This document shows, piece after piece, positions 19,778 to 30,664 of a stretch of DNA of 64,000 bases. The notes beneath the pieces are model-generated. The model was not told the DNA's origin and ran no database searches. It worked only from the letters and a program-made list of their open reading frames with translations. Source of the DNA: Bdellovibrionota bacterium (GTDB lineage Bacteria > Bdellovibrionota_C > UBA2361 > JBGSMV01); NCBI GenBank assembly GCA_044356455.1, contig JBIKWF010000001.1, forward strand, positions 32,001 through 96,000, read 5' to 3'. The position numbers and the translations under genes were made by a program. The number at the start of each line of letters is the position of its first letter. Position 1 is the stretch's first letter.

Positions 19778-20527
19778 ATGAGTGGAGTAGGGGCTTTTTA
19801 CCATTCAAGCCTAGGCAAAAAAGTCATTATGGCGCTCACCGGCGCGGTGATGGTGCTGTTTGTCGTGAGCCATATGGCCGGGAATCTCAAGATTTTTCTC
19901 GGTACCGATAGCCTTCATGGCGGTTACGCCATTGATGTCTATGCAGAGCACTTGAGAGCAATCGGAGAGGATATTTTAGGGCGAGGGAACTTTCTGTGGC
20001 TTGCACGGATAGGGCTCGTGTTAGCAGTAGTGCTGCACGTCATGGCGGCGCTGCAACTACGCGCGATCAATGTGCGCGCAAAGCCCGTGAACTACCACGT
20101 GAACAACTACCGTTCTGCCACGCTCGCTTCGCGAGGAATGTTGTGGGGGGGGAGACTGCTCTTTCTCTTTATCGTTCTCCATATCCTGCACTTTACTACG
20201 GGTCATGTGCACCTCGACGGCTTTGTTGAGGGTAAGGTGTATACCAACGTGTATGCAGCCTTCCAGCATTGGTATTGGACCGCGTTTTATGTCGCAGCCA
20301 TGGCGGGCCTTGGCCTCCATCTGTATCACGGCACATGGAGCATGCTGCAGACGCTTGGAATTGATGTCCCTCGCTGGAATTGCACGCTGCGTCTTCTTGC
20401 GAAGGTCGTGGCGATAGGAGTTTTTGTGGGGTTTGTTTCTGTTCCTCTTGCGATCTTCGCAGGCGTGCTCCCTGCTCCGGCCAGCGGTTCGGTGGTTGCC
20501 GAACTGCCGGTGTCCGTGTCCCGCTAA
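19778..20527 (+). CDS. sdhC: Succinate dehydrogenase/fumarate reductase cytochrome b subunit
   Basis: SSLGKKVIMALTG, HMAGN, HILHF, HLYHGTWSMLQTLG; precedes sdhAB. Confidence 0.93.
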   Translation: MSGVGAFYHSSLGKKVIMALTGAVMVLFVVSHMAGNLKIFLGTDSLHGGYAIDVYAEHLRAIGEDILGRGNFLWLARIGLVLAVVLHVMAALQLRAINVRAKPVNYHVNNYRSATLASRGMLWGGRLLFLFIVLHILHFTTGHVHLDGFVEGKVYTNVYAAFQHWYWTAFYVAAMAGLGLHLYHGTWSMLQTLGIDVPRWNCTLRLLAKVVAIGVFVGFVSVPLAIFAGVLPAPASGSVVAELPVSVSR

Positions 20528-20557
20528 CCTTTTGTCCTCCGCTCCCAGGAGATTTGT

Positions 20558-22471
20558 ATGTTGCAGCTTGATAGTAAAATCCCTTCAGGGCCCATTGAAA
20601 AGAAATGGGATAAGCATCGCTTTGAAATGAAATTGGTAAACCCTGCGAACAAGCGAAAATATCGCGTTATCGTGGTGGGTTCTGGGCTTGCGGGAGCTTC
20701 GGCTGCTGCAACACTTTCAGAGCTAGGCTACGAGGTGCTGTGTTTTTGCTTCCAGGATAGTCCTCGGCGTGCGCACAGTATTGCAGCCCAGGGCGGAATT
20801 AACGCCGCTAAGAATTACCAAAATGACGGCGACAGTGTTCAGCGTCTCTTTTATGACACCGTAAAGGGAGGAGACTTTCGCGCACGGGAGGCGAATGTGT
20901 ATCGCCTTGCGCAGGTAAGCGTAAACATCATCGATCAATGCGTCGCCCAAGGGGTGCCTTTCGCTCGCGAATACGGCGGATTGCTTGCGAATCGTTCCTT
21001 CGGTGGAGCGCAGGTTTCGCGTACGTTTTATGCGCGCGGTCAAACGGGACAGCAACTTCTGCTTGGGGCTTACCAAGCACTCGAGAAACAGATTGCCGCG
21101 GGTGGCGTGAAGATGTTTCCGCGCACAGAGATGCTAGATGTGGTGCTCGTTGATGGGAAAGCGCGCGGCATTGTCGTGCGCGACCTTGTTACGGGGAAGA
21201 TCTCCTCCTACGCGGCGGATGCGGTCGTGCTTGGAACAGGCGGCTATTCGAATGTGTTTTTCCTTTCCACGAACGCCAAAGGTTGTAACGTCACGGCAAC
21301 GTGGCGTGCGTATAAGCGCGGCGCGGGATTTGCCAATCCCTGCTTCACGCAGATTCATCCCACGTGCATTCCTGTCTCGGGAGACCATCAGTCGAAGCTT
21401 ACCTTGATGAGTGAATCTCTGCGTAATGATGGACGGATCTGGGTGCCGAAACAAAAAGGCGATGAAAGGTCGGCTCGCAATATTCCAGAAGCAGAGAGAG
21501 ATTATTATCTTGAGCGGATATACCCGAGTTTCGGGAATCTAAGTCCGCGTGATATTGCGTCTCGCGCCGCAAAGCGTATGTGCGACGACGGGCACGGCGT
21601 GGGCCCAGGACGCCAGGGGGTGTTTCTCGATTTTGCGGATGCGATTAAACGGCTTGGCCTCTCAAAAATTCAAGAACGCTACGGGAATCTTTTTGATATC
21701 TATAAGCTCATCACGGGAGAAAATCCGTATGAGACACCAATGCGTATCTACCCCGCTCCGCATTATACGATGGGGGGATTGTGGGTGGACTACAACCTCA
21801 TGACCAATATCCCGGGACTTTTCGCCATAGGCGAGGCAAACTTCTCGGATCACGGCGCAAATAGATTGGGAGCAAGTGCTCTGATGCAAGGATTGGCGGA
21901 CGGGTACTTCGTCTTGCCTTACACCATCGGTGACTACCTTGCTCATCATAAGACGGATGGACTGAAATCCGATCATGCTGCCTTTCAGTCGGCCGAGTCA
22001 GAGTTAGAGTCCGGAATAAAGAAGCTACTCTCCATAAACGGAAAGCGAACTGTCGATTCATTCCACCGCGAACTTGGACGGTTGATGTGGGATAAATGTG
22101 GAATGTCACGCGACCGTGCAGGTCTTGAGTTTGCGCTTCAAAAAATCCCCGCCATTCGTGAGGAGTTCTGGGCGAACGTCAAGGTTCCTGGGCAGGGTAC
22201 GTCTCTTAATCAGGAGCTTGAGAAGGCGGGCCGCGTGGCTGATTTTCTCGAATTTGGAGAAGTCATGTGCCTTGATGCGCTTACCCGTGAGGAGTCCTGT
22301 GGTGGGCACTTTAGGGAGGAGTATCAGACTCCCGAAGGTGAAGCGCTTCGCAACGACGAGCAGTACTGCAGCGGATTCATTTGGAGCAAAAATGGGGACA
22401 GCCGTCCACATTTAACCAAAGAGCCCCTCCAATTTGAAAACGTAAAATTGGCGCAAAGAAGCTACAAGTAA
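20558..22471 (+). CDS. sdhA: Succinate dehydrogenase/fumarate reductase flavoprotein subunit
   Basis: [43 protein letters not shown]. Confidence 0.97.
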   Translation: MLQLDSKIPSGPIEKKWDKHRFEMKLVNPANKRKYRVIVVGSGLAGASAAATLSELGYEVLCFCFQDSPRRAHSIAAQGGINAAKNYQNDGDSVQRLFYDTVKGGDFRAREANVYRLAQVSVNIIDQCVAQGVPFAREYGGLLANRSFGGAQVSRTFYARGQTGQQLLLGAYQALEKQIAAGGVKMFPRTEMLDVVLVDGKARGIVVRDLVTGKISSYAADAVVLGTGGYSNVFFLSTNAKGCNVTATWRAYKRGAGFANPCFTQIHPTCIPVSGDHQSKLTLMSESLRNDGRIWVPKQKGDERSARNIPEAERDYYLERIYPSFGNLSPRDIASRAAKRMCDDGHGVGPGRQGVFLDFADAIKRLGLSKIQERYGNLFDIYKLITGENPYETPMRIYPAPHYTMGGLWVDYNLMTNIPGLFAIGEANFSDHGANRLGASALMQGLADGYFVLPYTIGDYLAHHKTDGLKSDHAAFQSAESELESGIKKLLSINGKRTVDSFHRELGRLMWDKCGMSRDRAGLEFALQKIPAIREEFWANVKVPGQGTSLNQELEKAGRVADFLEFGEVMCLDALTREESCGGHFREEYQTPEGEALRNDEQYCSGFIWSKNGDSRPHLTKEPLQFENVKLAQRSYK

Positions 22472-22495
22472 TAGGAAGCTACCAGTGAGGAGTGT

Positions 22496-23272
22496 ATGAA
22501 GTTAACTCTCTACGTATGGCGTCAGAAATCAAAGAGCGATGCCGGCGCATTTGTGCGCTATGAGGCGACTGATGTTTCGCCCGATATGTCGTTTCTTGAA
22601 ATGCTTGATGTGGTGAATGAAGGCCTGATCAAGAAGGGCGAGGAGCCGATTGCGTTCGAACATGATTGCCGCGAAGGAATTTGTGGCTCGTGCGCCATGG
22701 CCATCAATGGTCAGCCGCATGGACCTCAGAAGAAGGCGACAACCTGTCAGCTGCATATGCGCAAATTTAAGGACGGGGATTCTCTCTACGTGGAGCCCTG
22801 GCGCGCGAGTGCATTTCCTGTGCTGAGAGACCTTGTGGTCGATAGAAGTCCTTTCGACCGAATTATTCAGGCAGGAGGATTTGTTTCAGTGAACACGGGG
22901 CAGGCCGTGGATGCGAATTCTATTCCAATCCAGAAGGATGTGGCGGACGCGGCCATGGATGCGGCCGAATGTATCGGCTGCGGCGCGTGCGTCGCTGCCT
23001 GCCCCAATGGATCGGCCATGTTGTTTACCGCTGCGAAAGTTGCGCACCTTGGGCTACTCGCCCAGGGTCAGCCAGAGCGCAATAAGCGCGTACTGGCCAT
23101 GGTGCAGCAAATGGACAAAGAGAACTTTGGTGGGTGCACAAATCACGGTGAATGCCAGGAGGCGTGCCCCAAAGGAATTAGTATTAAATGGATCGCTCGA
23201 ATGAACCGCGACTACCTTGCGGCGCATTGGGACGAAGCTCGTGGAGTGAAAGGAGAGGTAAAGGCACAATGA
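22496..23272 (+). CDS. sdhB: Succinate dehydrogenase/fumarate reductase Fe-S subunit
   Basis: [32 protein letters not shown]. Confidence 0.97.
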   Translation: MKLTLYVWRQKSKSDAGAFVRYEATDVSPDMSFLEMLDVVNEGLIKKGEEPIAFEHDCREGICGSCAMAINGQPHGPQKKATTCQLHMRKFKDGDSLYVEPWRASAFPVLRDLVVDRSPFDRIIQAGGFVSVNTGQAVDANSIPIQKDVADAAMDAAECIGCGACVAACPNGSAMLFTAAKVAHLGLLAQGQPERNKRVLAMVQQMDKENFGGCTNHGECQEACPKGISIKWIARMNRDYLAAHWDEARGVKGEVKAQ

Positions 23273-24435
23273 ATTTGCACGAATATCAATCAAAAGCGCT
23301 CATGGCGGCGCACGGATTGCCTATCCTAAAGGGCTTTCTCTGTTATACGCCTGGTGAGGTCGAAGCGGCTGCGGATCAACTTGGCGGCGGAATTTGCGTC
23401 GTCAAGGCGCAGGTGCATGCAGGTGGTCGGGGAAAGGGAGGCGGCGTGAAGCTTGCGAAGTCCGCCGCTGAGGCTAGGGCTCACGGCGAGAAGATTCTCG
23501 GCATGAAACTGGTGACCCCGCAAACTGGTCCCCAGGGGAAAAAAGTTAGCAAGGTGTATGTAGAAGCGGGCTGCAATATCGACCGTGAATTCTACGTGAG
23601 CCTGCTCGTGGACCGCGCCAGCAAGTGTGTCTCGATTATTGCGTCAACTGAGGGCGGCATGGAAATCGAGGAAGTGGCGGCGCATCACCCAGAGAAGATT
23701 GTTAAGATTAGAGTTGACCCACGCGTAGGCCTGCAGCTTTTTCAATGCACCGAACTTGGTCTCAAGCTGGGACTTGACGTTGAAAAGGGACGAGATCTTT
23801 CAAGGATTCTTGGCGGACTCTATGAAGTCTTTATGCGAAGCGATTTGTCGCTTGTGGAGATAAATCCGCTGGTCCTTACCAAGGATGGTCACTTCGTCAT
23901 TTTGGACGCCAAATGCGCGGTGGAAGATAACGCGCTATTCCGGCAGCCTCGCCTACGTGCGCTGCAGGATTATGACGAGATGGACCCGAAGGATTTGCGC
24001 GCTGGAAAGGCGAATTTGAGCTACGTGGCTCTTGAGGGCAGCATTGGGTGCATGGTCAATGGCGCCGGCTTGGCAATGGCGACGCTTGATATCATCAAGG
24101 CCTATGGTGGAGAGCCCGCCAATTTCCTTGATGTGGGTGGTGGAGCCTCGAAGGAAACAGTGACTGAAGCCTTTAGGATTCTGCTTTCTGATAATCAGGT
24201 TAAGGGAATTCTGATTAACATCTTCGGCGGTATCATGAAGTGCGATGTGATCGCCTCCGGCATTGTTGAAGCAGCGAAGGAGCTTGGAGTTAAAGTTCCG
24301 CTTGTCGTGCGTCTGCAAGGCACGAACAAGGAGCTTGGCCGTAAGATTCTATCCGAGTCGGGGCTCAAGATTGTACCTGCCGAATCGATGGCAGATGCGG
24401 GCAGAGAGATAGTTAAGGCAGTGAAGGGGAGTTAA
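23269..24435 (+). CDS. sucC: Succinyl-CoA synthetase beta subunit
   Basis: [43 protein letters not shown] overlap with sdhB. Confidence 0.97.
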   Translation: MNLHEYQSKALMAAHGLPILKGFLCYTPGEVEAAADQLGGGICVVKAQVHAGGRGKGGGVKLAKSAAEARAHGEKILGMKLVTPQTGPQGKKVSKVYVEAGCNIDREFYVSLLVDRASKCVSIIASTEGGMEIEEVAAHHPEKIVKIRVDPRVGLQLFQCTELGLKLGLDVEKGRDLSRILGGLYEVFMRSDLSLVEINPLVLTKDGHFVILDAKCAVEDNALFRQPRLRALQDYDEMDPKDLRAGKANLSYVALEGSIGCMVNGAGLAMATLDIIKAYGGEPANFLDVGGGASKETVTEAFRILLSDNQVKGILINIFGGIMKCDVIASGIVEAAKELGVKVPLVVRLQGTNKELGRKILSESGLKIVPAESMADAGREIVKAVKGS

Positions 24436-24439
24436 GCTC

Positions 24440-25315
24440 ATGAGTGTTCTTGTAAATAAACAAACGCGCGTCATTACCCAGGGAATGACCGGAAAAAGCG
24501 GCTCCTTTCATACCAAGGCGTGTAAGGAGTACGGCACGCAGATGGTGGCCGGAGTGGGGCCAGGGAAAAGAGGCCAGAGTTTTGAGGGGATTCCTCTCTA
24601 CAACACCGTGCGAGAAGCAAAGCATGAGACGGGAGGTAACGTGAGCGTGATATACGTTCCCGCGCCTTTTGCCGCCGATGCAATACTTGAGGCGGTGGAT
24701 GCGGATCTCGACCTCGTGGTGTGTATTACCGAGGGCATTCCTGTGCTCGACATGCTTAAGGTGAACGCCGCTATGCAAGGCAAGCGCACCCGCCTGATCG
24801 GACCAAACTGCCCTGGGATTATTACGCCAGGGGAGTGCAAGATTGGAATTATGCCTGGGTTTATCCACAAACCAGGTGGTCCCGTTGGAGTCGTATCTCG
24901 CAGCGGCACTCTTACCTATGAGGCGGTCTTTCAGCTCACCGAGCTTGGCATTGGTCAGACCACCTGTATCGGAATTGGTGGGGACCCGCTGAATGGTACG
25001 AACTTCATCGATTGTCTAAAGCTTTTTAATGAAGATAAAGCTACCGAATCAGTGGTCATGATCGGCGAAATCGGCGGAGATGCAGAGGAAGAAGCAGCCA
25101 AGTGGGTTAAGGCCAATATGAAGAAGCCCGTGGTAGGGTTTGTTGCTGGTTCTACGGCTCCTCCTGGACGCCGCATGGGACACGCGGGTGCTATCGTGAG
25201 CGGCGGTTCAGGCACGGCGGCTGCGAAATTCAACGCTTTTGAAGAGGCTGGCATTTTTGTCTCTCGTTCACCTGCCGAGATTGGCAAGCGAATGAAAGAG
25301 GCCATGCGGATCTGA
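24440..25315 (+). CDS. sucD: Succinyl-CoA synthetase alpha subunit
   Basis: [22 protein letters not shown]. Confidence 0.98.
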   Translation: MSVLVNKQTRVITQGMTGKSGSFHTKACKEYGTQMVAGVGPGKRGQSFEGIPLYNTVREAKHETGGNVSVIYVPAPFAADAILEAVDADLDLVVCITEGIPVLDMLKVNAAMQGKRTRLIGPNCPGIITPGECKIGIMPGFIHKPGGPVGVVSRSGTLTYEAVFQLTELGIGQTTCIGIGGDPLNGTNFIDCLKLFNEDKATESVVMIGEIGGDAEEEAAKWVKANMKKPVVGFVAGSTAPPGRRMGHAGAIVSGGSGTAAAKFNAFEEAGIFVSRSPAEIGKRMKEAMRI

Positions 25316-25353
25316 GCTCCGGGGTGTTTCGAAGCGCTTGACAGGTACATGGA

Positions 25354-26628
25354 ATGCCCATGAGTAAGAAACTTTTTGAGCGCCTTCTGTTTACCGGTTG
25401 CGCTCCGCGCACCCTTCTCGATGTGGGAGCGCACGTAGGTACTTTCAGCAAGATGGTGCGGGAAGTCTTGCCTACGTGCATTCCCACGTTGATTGAACCC
25501 AATCCTTTCTGTCACGAGGATCTTGCGAAGCTTCCTTTCGAAAGCTTTGGGGTCGCTGCCTCTTCGAAGAATGGCAGGGGGCAATTGTTTCTTACCAAAG
25601 AGTGGTTGCAGTCGACGGGGGCTTCTCTCTTTCGAGAGAACACGGCGGCCTTTCGTGACGAGGTCGTAGTCGAGCACCCTGTGGAGACCGTCAGGCTTGA
25701 CGATCTTCTGAAAGGGCGGCGCTTCGATTTTGTGAAAATTGACACACAAGGCGCCGAATTGGAGGTGATCCTTGGGGCGCCCCACATTATAAGCCGTGCC
25801 GAGCATGTGCTCATTGAGATGTCTCTCACTGAGTATAATAAGGGTGGTGCATGGCCCGAGGCGGTGTATGCCGCAATGCGGGAGCTTGGCTTTCAGGTTG
25901 CAGAAATTGCAGAGTTCCACCGCCCCAATGGCGGAGCGCTCGTTCAGCTCGACTTGCTTTTTGAACGAGCGGTGAAGCGTCCACGACAAAGTTTTAGGTA
26001 TTCCCCCTTAAACGATCACGCCCCTGTGCTTGAGTATCTTGGGCATATGCGGCATCGCAACCCTGAGTTTTCGGTTATCGATGTGGGCGCCGCGGCGAAT
26101 TCTTGGTCTGCGCCAGTTCTTGATGCCACGTTGGATCTTAATGACTGCGCTGCTGCGCCCTTACATTTTAGAGGCAACGTTAATGACGTGCGAAGCTGGG
26201 ACCGGGTTTTAGAGCACGTTTCCCGTCATGGACGCTTCTCGTTTTGTATTTGCTCGCATACGCTCGAAGATATTGCCTATCCTGCTGTTGCATTAGAAAT
26301 GATGCCTCGAATTGCTGATGCCGGATATGTTGCGGTTCCTTCAAGGTATCTGGAGAGCATTCGGCCAGAGGCACCGTACCGCGGATACATTCATCATCGC
26401 TGGGTATTTGACGCGGTTGATGACAAGCTTACGCTCGCGCCCAAGATTCCGCTGCTCGATTTTCTCACCTTTGCTCATGAAGCGGACTGGGCGAAAGCGC
26501 CCGAGCGCTTCCAGTTTCAGCTCTTTTGGCGTGGCGGTATTGAGTTCTCGGTGCTTAATGGCGACTACCTTGGGCCCAATAAGGATGCGGTAGTTGAAAT
26601 GTATACCAACTTCTTCGGCCGGCCTTAG
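25354..26628 (+). CDS. FkbM-family methyltransferase fused to a second SAM-dependent methyltransferase-like domain
   Basis: LDVGAHVG and KIDTQGAE (FkbM); second domain VIDVGAA, FCICSHTLEDI, HHRW. Confidence 0.85.
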   Translation: MPMSKKLFERLLFTGCAPRTLLDVGAHVGTFSKMVREVLPTCIPTLIEPNPFCHEDLAKLPFESFGVAASSKNGRGQLFLTKEWLQSTGASLFRENTAAFRDEVVVEHPVETVRLDDLLKGRRFDFVKIDTQGAELEVILGAPHIISRAEHVLIEMSLTEYNKGGAWPEAVYAAMRELGFQVAEIAEFHRPNGGALVQLDLLFERAVKRPRQSFRYSPLNDHAPVLEYLGHMRHRNPEFSVIDVGAAANSWSAPVLDATLDLNDCAAAPLHFRGNVNDVRSWDRVLEHVSRHGRFSFCICSHTLEDIAYPAVALEMMPRIADAGYVAVPSRYLESIRPEAPYRGYIHHRWVFDAVDDKLTLAPKIPLLDFLTFAHEADWAKAPERFQFQLFWRGGIEFSVLNGDYLGPNKDAVVEMYTNFFGRP

Positions 26629-26758
26629 GCAGCCCCTGTAACACCTAGATATTTTATTTCTTTCCCTCCGTGTTCTCTGTGCCCTCTGTGGTTTTTCAAC
26701 AATTTAAATCAACCACAGAGAGCGCAGAGTTCACAGAGGAGATTTTTTCAGAGCTTCC
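26629..26758. mobile_element. MITE-like palindromic element, family 1
   Basis: TTAG|GCAGCCCCTGTAACAC ... TTTTTCAGAGCTTCC|CTAG; interior nearly identical to 9203-9335. Confidence 0.8.
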
Positions 26759-27031
26759 CTAGCTATAGAGCGCCCCTCAATCGCAGTCATATCAGGCAGT
26801 TTGGCACACTCTGAACGCTTATCTGAATGCTTGGGTGAATGTGTCACGTTGACTTTGCGGATCTGAGAAGATAACTAAGTGGGCTGCCCTTCTTTCTCTC
26901 AAATCTTCTTTATCGCTGTTTCTTTGCAGCGCTCCGAGTTCTGCGCTTCCTGAGCTTGATTGCTTCAGAAGCCGCGTGGCGAGCGTTCCGCTTTAGTGAA
27001 GCGGGAGAGGGAGGGGGGCTGTGGAGTCTCT

Positions 27032-28885
27032 ATGAGTGTTGTGCGTAGCCGTAACCCGCTTGTCCATCTCGCTGCCATGTTGTGGCGCTACTCCGCGGGT
27101 AGCCACGGCAAGGTGGTGTTTTATGTATCACTTTCCATCGCCTCAGTTCTCGTGAGCCTCCTTTCACCGCTCATCATGGCTCGCGCCATGAATGCAATTC
27201 AGCAAGGCGGGGGATATCCGATGCTGAAAGAAGTGGGGCTGCTCCTCGGTGCGTGGATTTTGGTGGGATTTCTCTTTTGGGCATTGCATGGTCCAAGCCG
27301 GGTAATTGAAACAGCCAATGCGTTTGAGGCAAAGCGCGCCTTTCAAGTGGACTTGTTTCACAAAGTCGTGTCTCTCCCTATGCGCTGGCAAAAAGAGCAC
27401 CATTCCGGCGAAATAATTGATCAGGTTGCTCGTGCTACCACAGCTCTTGGGGAATTTGGTGAACAGAGTTTTGAGGTAATCCACCTTCTCACGCGCTTTG
27501 TTGGGGCCTGCGCGGTGCTAAGTTTTTTTATGCCGAGTGCGGGCCTTGCCGTGGCGGCTGCCACCGTGATGGTGATCGGTAGTATCTTGCTCTTCGATAA
27601 AAGACTCGTGCGGCAGTATCAAGAGTTGAATCGGCGTTCAAACGCGATTGCGGCTGCCGTGCAAGATTATCTAACCAATGTAGCTACCGTAATAAGCCTG
27701 CGCCTTGAGCCGCGCGTAACTCGTGAGATTCAAGAGCGCCTTGAGAAGGTAGCTCCGTTAGTCAGACAGAACTCAATTCTTAATGAACTAAAATGGGCTA
27801 CCACGAGCCGCCTGATCGATTTCACCCAGGCCCTTGTCATCATGGGATTTCTCTTCGCAGCGCTTCGTACGGAAAGCGCGGTAGAGGTGGGAACTGTCTA
27901 CGCGCTGATTGAGTATTTAAGATCAATTGGCGATTCCTTTTTCCAGTTCACCGGTCGTTACGGGGATCTGGTAATCAAAAGTACGCGCGTCAGAGGAGCA
28001 GAGCATATCGAGGATGCGTTTGAGCAAGAAGTGCGAGGATCGGATCGCGCGGCCCTCCCACGTGCGTGGAAGTCTCTTGAACTCTCTGGGCTCTCTTTTT
28101 CGCATCAGGGGCTCGTAGGGCAGGCGCTTGCGGAATCGGCTCTTGACCAGAATGGTGACGGGCCAAAGATTCCTGTCGAAGCATGTCAGATTCAAGGAGT
28201 GAACCTGACTCTTGCGAGGGGACGCTCCTATGCGTTTGTAGGTGAAAGCGGCAGCGGAAAAAGCACAGTGCTTGGACTTATTAGAGGTCTTCATGCGGCG
28301 AATTCTTGCTCAGTTCTTTGTGACGGTGTGGCCTTGCCCTTTGGGCTTGCGCACGTTGCCCATTCGGCGACCCTCATTCCCCAAGACCCAGAAATATTCT
28401 CGGACTCGGTTCGATTTAACATCACTCTTGGGGTTTCCACAGGCGATGAGGCGGTGCTCCGCGCCATGCGCCTTGCGAGATTCGAGCAAGTGCTTGAGCG
28501 CTTACCGCGGGGCTTAGAGACCAGTATCGGTGAGAAGGGCGTTAATTTAAGCGGGGGCGAGAAACAGCGCCTTGCGCTCGCACGTGGACTTTTTTTTGCT
28601 GAAGAAAGCGAATCTGACATTGTGCTTCTTGATGAGCCCACAAGTAGCGTCGATATTCTCAACGAAAAGCTCATTTACGAACAGCTCTTGTCGGCGTTCC
28701 GGGGGCGCTGCGTGGTCTCCGCTATTCATAAGTTTAATCTCCTGCATCTCTTTGATGAGATAATTGTCTTTGCGGGGGGACGAGTGGTCCAGCGCGGAAC
28801 TGTAGCTGCGTTATTGGAGCAGGAAGGAGAGTTTGCGCGAATGTGGAGGATGTTTTCTGAGGCGGATGCAGAGCAGGCGGGCTAG
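27032..28885 (+). CDS. ABC exporter, fused permease/ATPase (MsbA-like type IV)
   Basis: TM domain plus GESGSGKS, LSGGEKQR, LLDEPTS. Confidence 0.93.
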   Translation: MSVVRSRNPLVHLAAMLWRYSAGSHGKVVFYVSLSIASVLVSLLSPLIMARAMNAIQQGGGYPMLKEVGLLLGAWILVGFLFWALHGPSRVIETANAFEAKRAFQVDLFHKVVSLPMRWQKEHHSGEIIDQVARATTALGEFGEQSFEVIHLLTRFVGACAVLSFFMPSAGLAVAAATVMVIGSILLFDKRLVRQYQELNRRSNAIAAAVQDYLTNVATVISLRLEPRVTREIQERLEKVAPLVRQNSILNELKWATTSRLIDFTQALVIMGFLFAALRTESAVEVGTVYALIEYLRSIGDSFFQFTGRYGDLVIKSTRVRGAEHIEDAFEQEVRGSDRAALPRAWKSLELSGLSFSHQGLVGQALAESALDQNGDGPKIPVEACQIQGVNLTLARGRSYAFVGESGSGKSTVLGLIRGLHAANSCSVLCDGVALPFGLAHVAHSATLIPQDPEIFSDSVRFNITLGVSTGDEAVLRAMRLARFEQVLERLPRGLETSIGEKGVNLSGGEKQRLALARGLFFAEESESDIVLLDEPTSSVDILNEKLIYEQLLSAFRGRCVVSAIHKFNLLHLFDEIIVFAGGRVVQRGTVAALLEQEGEFARMWRMFSEADAEQAG

Positions 28886-29007
28886 GGTACCTCTGAAAAA
28901 CTAGATCTCCGCGTTAATTGAAACGCTTTGTATAACGCGGAGGACGCGGTGTACGCGGAGGAAAAACAGCTCAGAGGAAAATAAATTTGGGGTTTTTCAG
29001 AGGTTCC
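28886..29007. mobile_element. MITE-like element, family 1, CGCGG-arm variant
   Basis: CTAG|GGTACCTCTGAAAAAC ... GTTTTTCAGAGGTTCC|CTAG. Confidence 0.85.
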
Positions 29008-29019
29008 CTAGTTTGAGAT

Positions 29020-30009
29020 TTAATGGTGAGGGCGATAGACAGGCATCAAATAGGTCTCGGGCCGGTAACCGGGGGATTCTACCTCTAACATCCAATACAC
29101 CGGCGGCCTCTGACTAAGCCTTGTTGAGAATTCTTTCTGCTGCGGGAGGGGGAACCTTACTTTAAAGCCCTCGTCTCCTATTTGTCCCATCACTGAGGTA
29201 GATTCGGCCCACAAAACAGTACTCAGCAAGCTCTTTGACCTCGAGTATCCAGGCTCGGGTGGTACATCGATGAAGTCGTCACTAAGGCAGAATAATGTGC
29301 AGCGTATAGCGGGAGACGCTGCTCCTCGGTAGCCTACCACTGTTAACGATAGATTGGTTCCAAGATGGAATGGGAATTTATCAAATCGTGCCTCGCTTGG
29401 GCCCCAGATTGTAGTTGTCACTATTCTAAAGAGGCACTTCAAGATACAGAGCCAAAAGAGGGCCGCAAGTACGCCGATGCAAATACCTACGATTTTGCCG
29501 CCAGTGTGTTGCCATCCACCAAGTAGGAAAATTAACAATGCGATAGAGGCAATCAGGGTCGCGATTGGGAGAAAGAAAACAATAAATTGAATTGAGTCGA
29601 TTCGCGATCTAGCATTAGCTTTTTTCTCATTCCACGGATAATCCGCGAGCCAAGGGGGAAAGTTTTTTGCAAGGAGACGCTTTCGTCGTCGAATGGCGCA
29701 GAATCCGATTAAGTTACCCGCAAGGGTGGCTAGCCCGGCGTACATAGGAATTAGACTAATCATTGCCCGGAATAGCGGATGGCCTAGGAGAGGATCGGTG
29801 CTTGGGGTTGTAGTAAGATAGAAAGTAAGGGCGGCTCCGCCGAGGCTGAGAAACACTACAGAGTAAACCAATTGTAAGGGCGATGGGCCGGTAAAAAGCG
29901 TACGCGGTAGAGCCAGCGACTGCGCTGGTAGCAAGTTTCGCGAAACGCCGGAGTGAAATTTCGGATTAAGAGACATCTTATAGACATTATTCTTTAGGTA
30001 AGAATGCAA
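29020..30009 (-). CDS. Hypothetical membrane protein (about 4 TM); start may be ATG 29976
   Basis: Long ORF with four hydrophobic segments and a soluble beta-rich C-terminus. Confidence 0.65.
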   Translation of the reverse strand: MHSYLKNNVYKMSLNPKFHSGVSRNLLPAQSLALPRTLFTGPSPLQLVYSVVFLSLGGAALTFYLTTTPSTDPLLGHPLFRAMISLIPMYAGLATLAGNLIGFCAIRRRKRLLAKNFPPWLADYPWNEKKANARSRIDSIQFIVFFLPIATLIASIALLIFLLGGWQHTGGKIVGICIGVLAALFWLCILKCLFRIVTTTIWGPSEARFDKFPFHLGTNLSLTVVGYRGAASPAIRCTLFCLSDDFIDVPPEPGYSRSKSLLSTVLWAESTSVMGQIGDEGFKVRFPLPQQKEFSTRLSQRPPVYWMLEVESPGYRPETYLMPVYRPHH

Positions 30010-30114
30010 GATCTCTGCAGGGCTGGCCTCTTGCCTTCAAGGGTTTTCGGGTGGATTCCGGTTCGAGTCCCCAATGACCACCATTCCCGCGGTCAAATAT
30101 AAGTACGGGAACAC

Positions 30115-30582
30115 TTAGGCGTAGCGCCCTTTCTTGTCACCCTTCGTGTCACTCAGGATTTTTCCTTGGCAGCGAAGATCGTCGATAAGTCGCATGATGC
30201 GCCGCTGTGCTTCTTTGACTTCAACAGCTTTGTGTTGCGGGAGATTTTCAAGGTCGTCAGTCACCATTTGAAGCTTTCTTCCCGACATGTTCTCGAGGAC
30301 GGCCTTCTTTACTGCTGGCGGTGCTCCGCGCAAGGAGGCAACGAGGTCGTTGTGGTCTACTTCTCGCACGAGAGTTTGAATGCCTTGGGTTGAAAGCTCA
30401 GTAATCTCTTCAAAGCGATAAAGATTTGACTCTACCTGGGGCACGAGGGCAGGGGATCTGAGCTCCATCTCTTTGAGAATTCGCTGGCGATTCTCAGGCT
30501 CAAGTCGCTTCAAGATTTCAGCGGCGATTGCGGCTCCGTTTACGGCCTCCGAATCGGGGGTGGTATCATCTTTGGGGGCCAT
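30115..30582 (-). CDS. Stand-alone FliG C-terminal domain protein
   Basis: AAEIL, FEEITELSTQGIQTLVREVD, ENMSGRKLQMVTDDL and VKEAQRRI match FliG-C; only 155 aa. Confidence 0.85.
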   Translation of the reverse strand: MAPKDDTTPDSEAVNGAAIAAEILKRLEPENRQRILKEMELRSPALVPQVESNLYRFEEITELSTQGIQTLVREVDHNDLVASLRGAPPAVKKAVLENMSGRKLQMVTDDLENLPQHKAVEVKEAQRRIMRLIDDLRCQGKILSDTKGDKKGRYA

Positions 30583-30664
30583 AACGAAACTCCGAGCAGG
30601 TAGTCGTGAAGCTTTAGATGCGGCTCAAATTGCGCCTGGTGCGACAAGGGCTAAGATCTTGTAA

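Noticed and set aside
24955..25989. 344-aa antisense ORF and other long shadow ORFs (e.g. 4490-5125, 44635-45243)
   Set aside because: Antisense to well-supported genes, with no recognisable motifs
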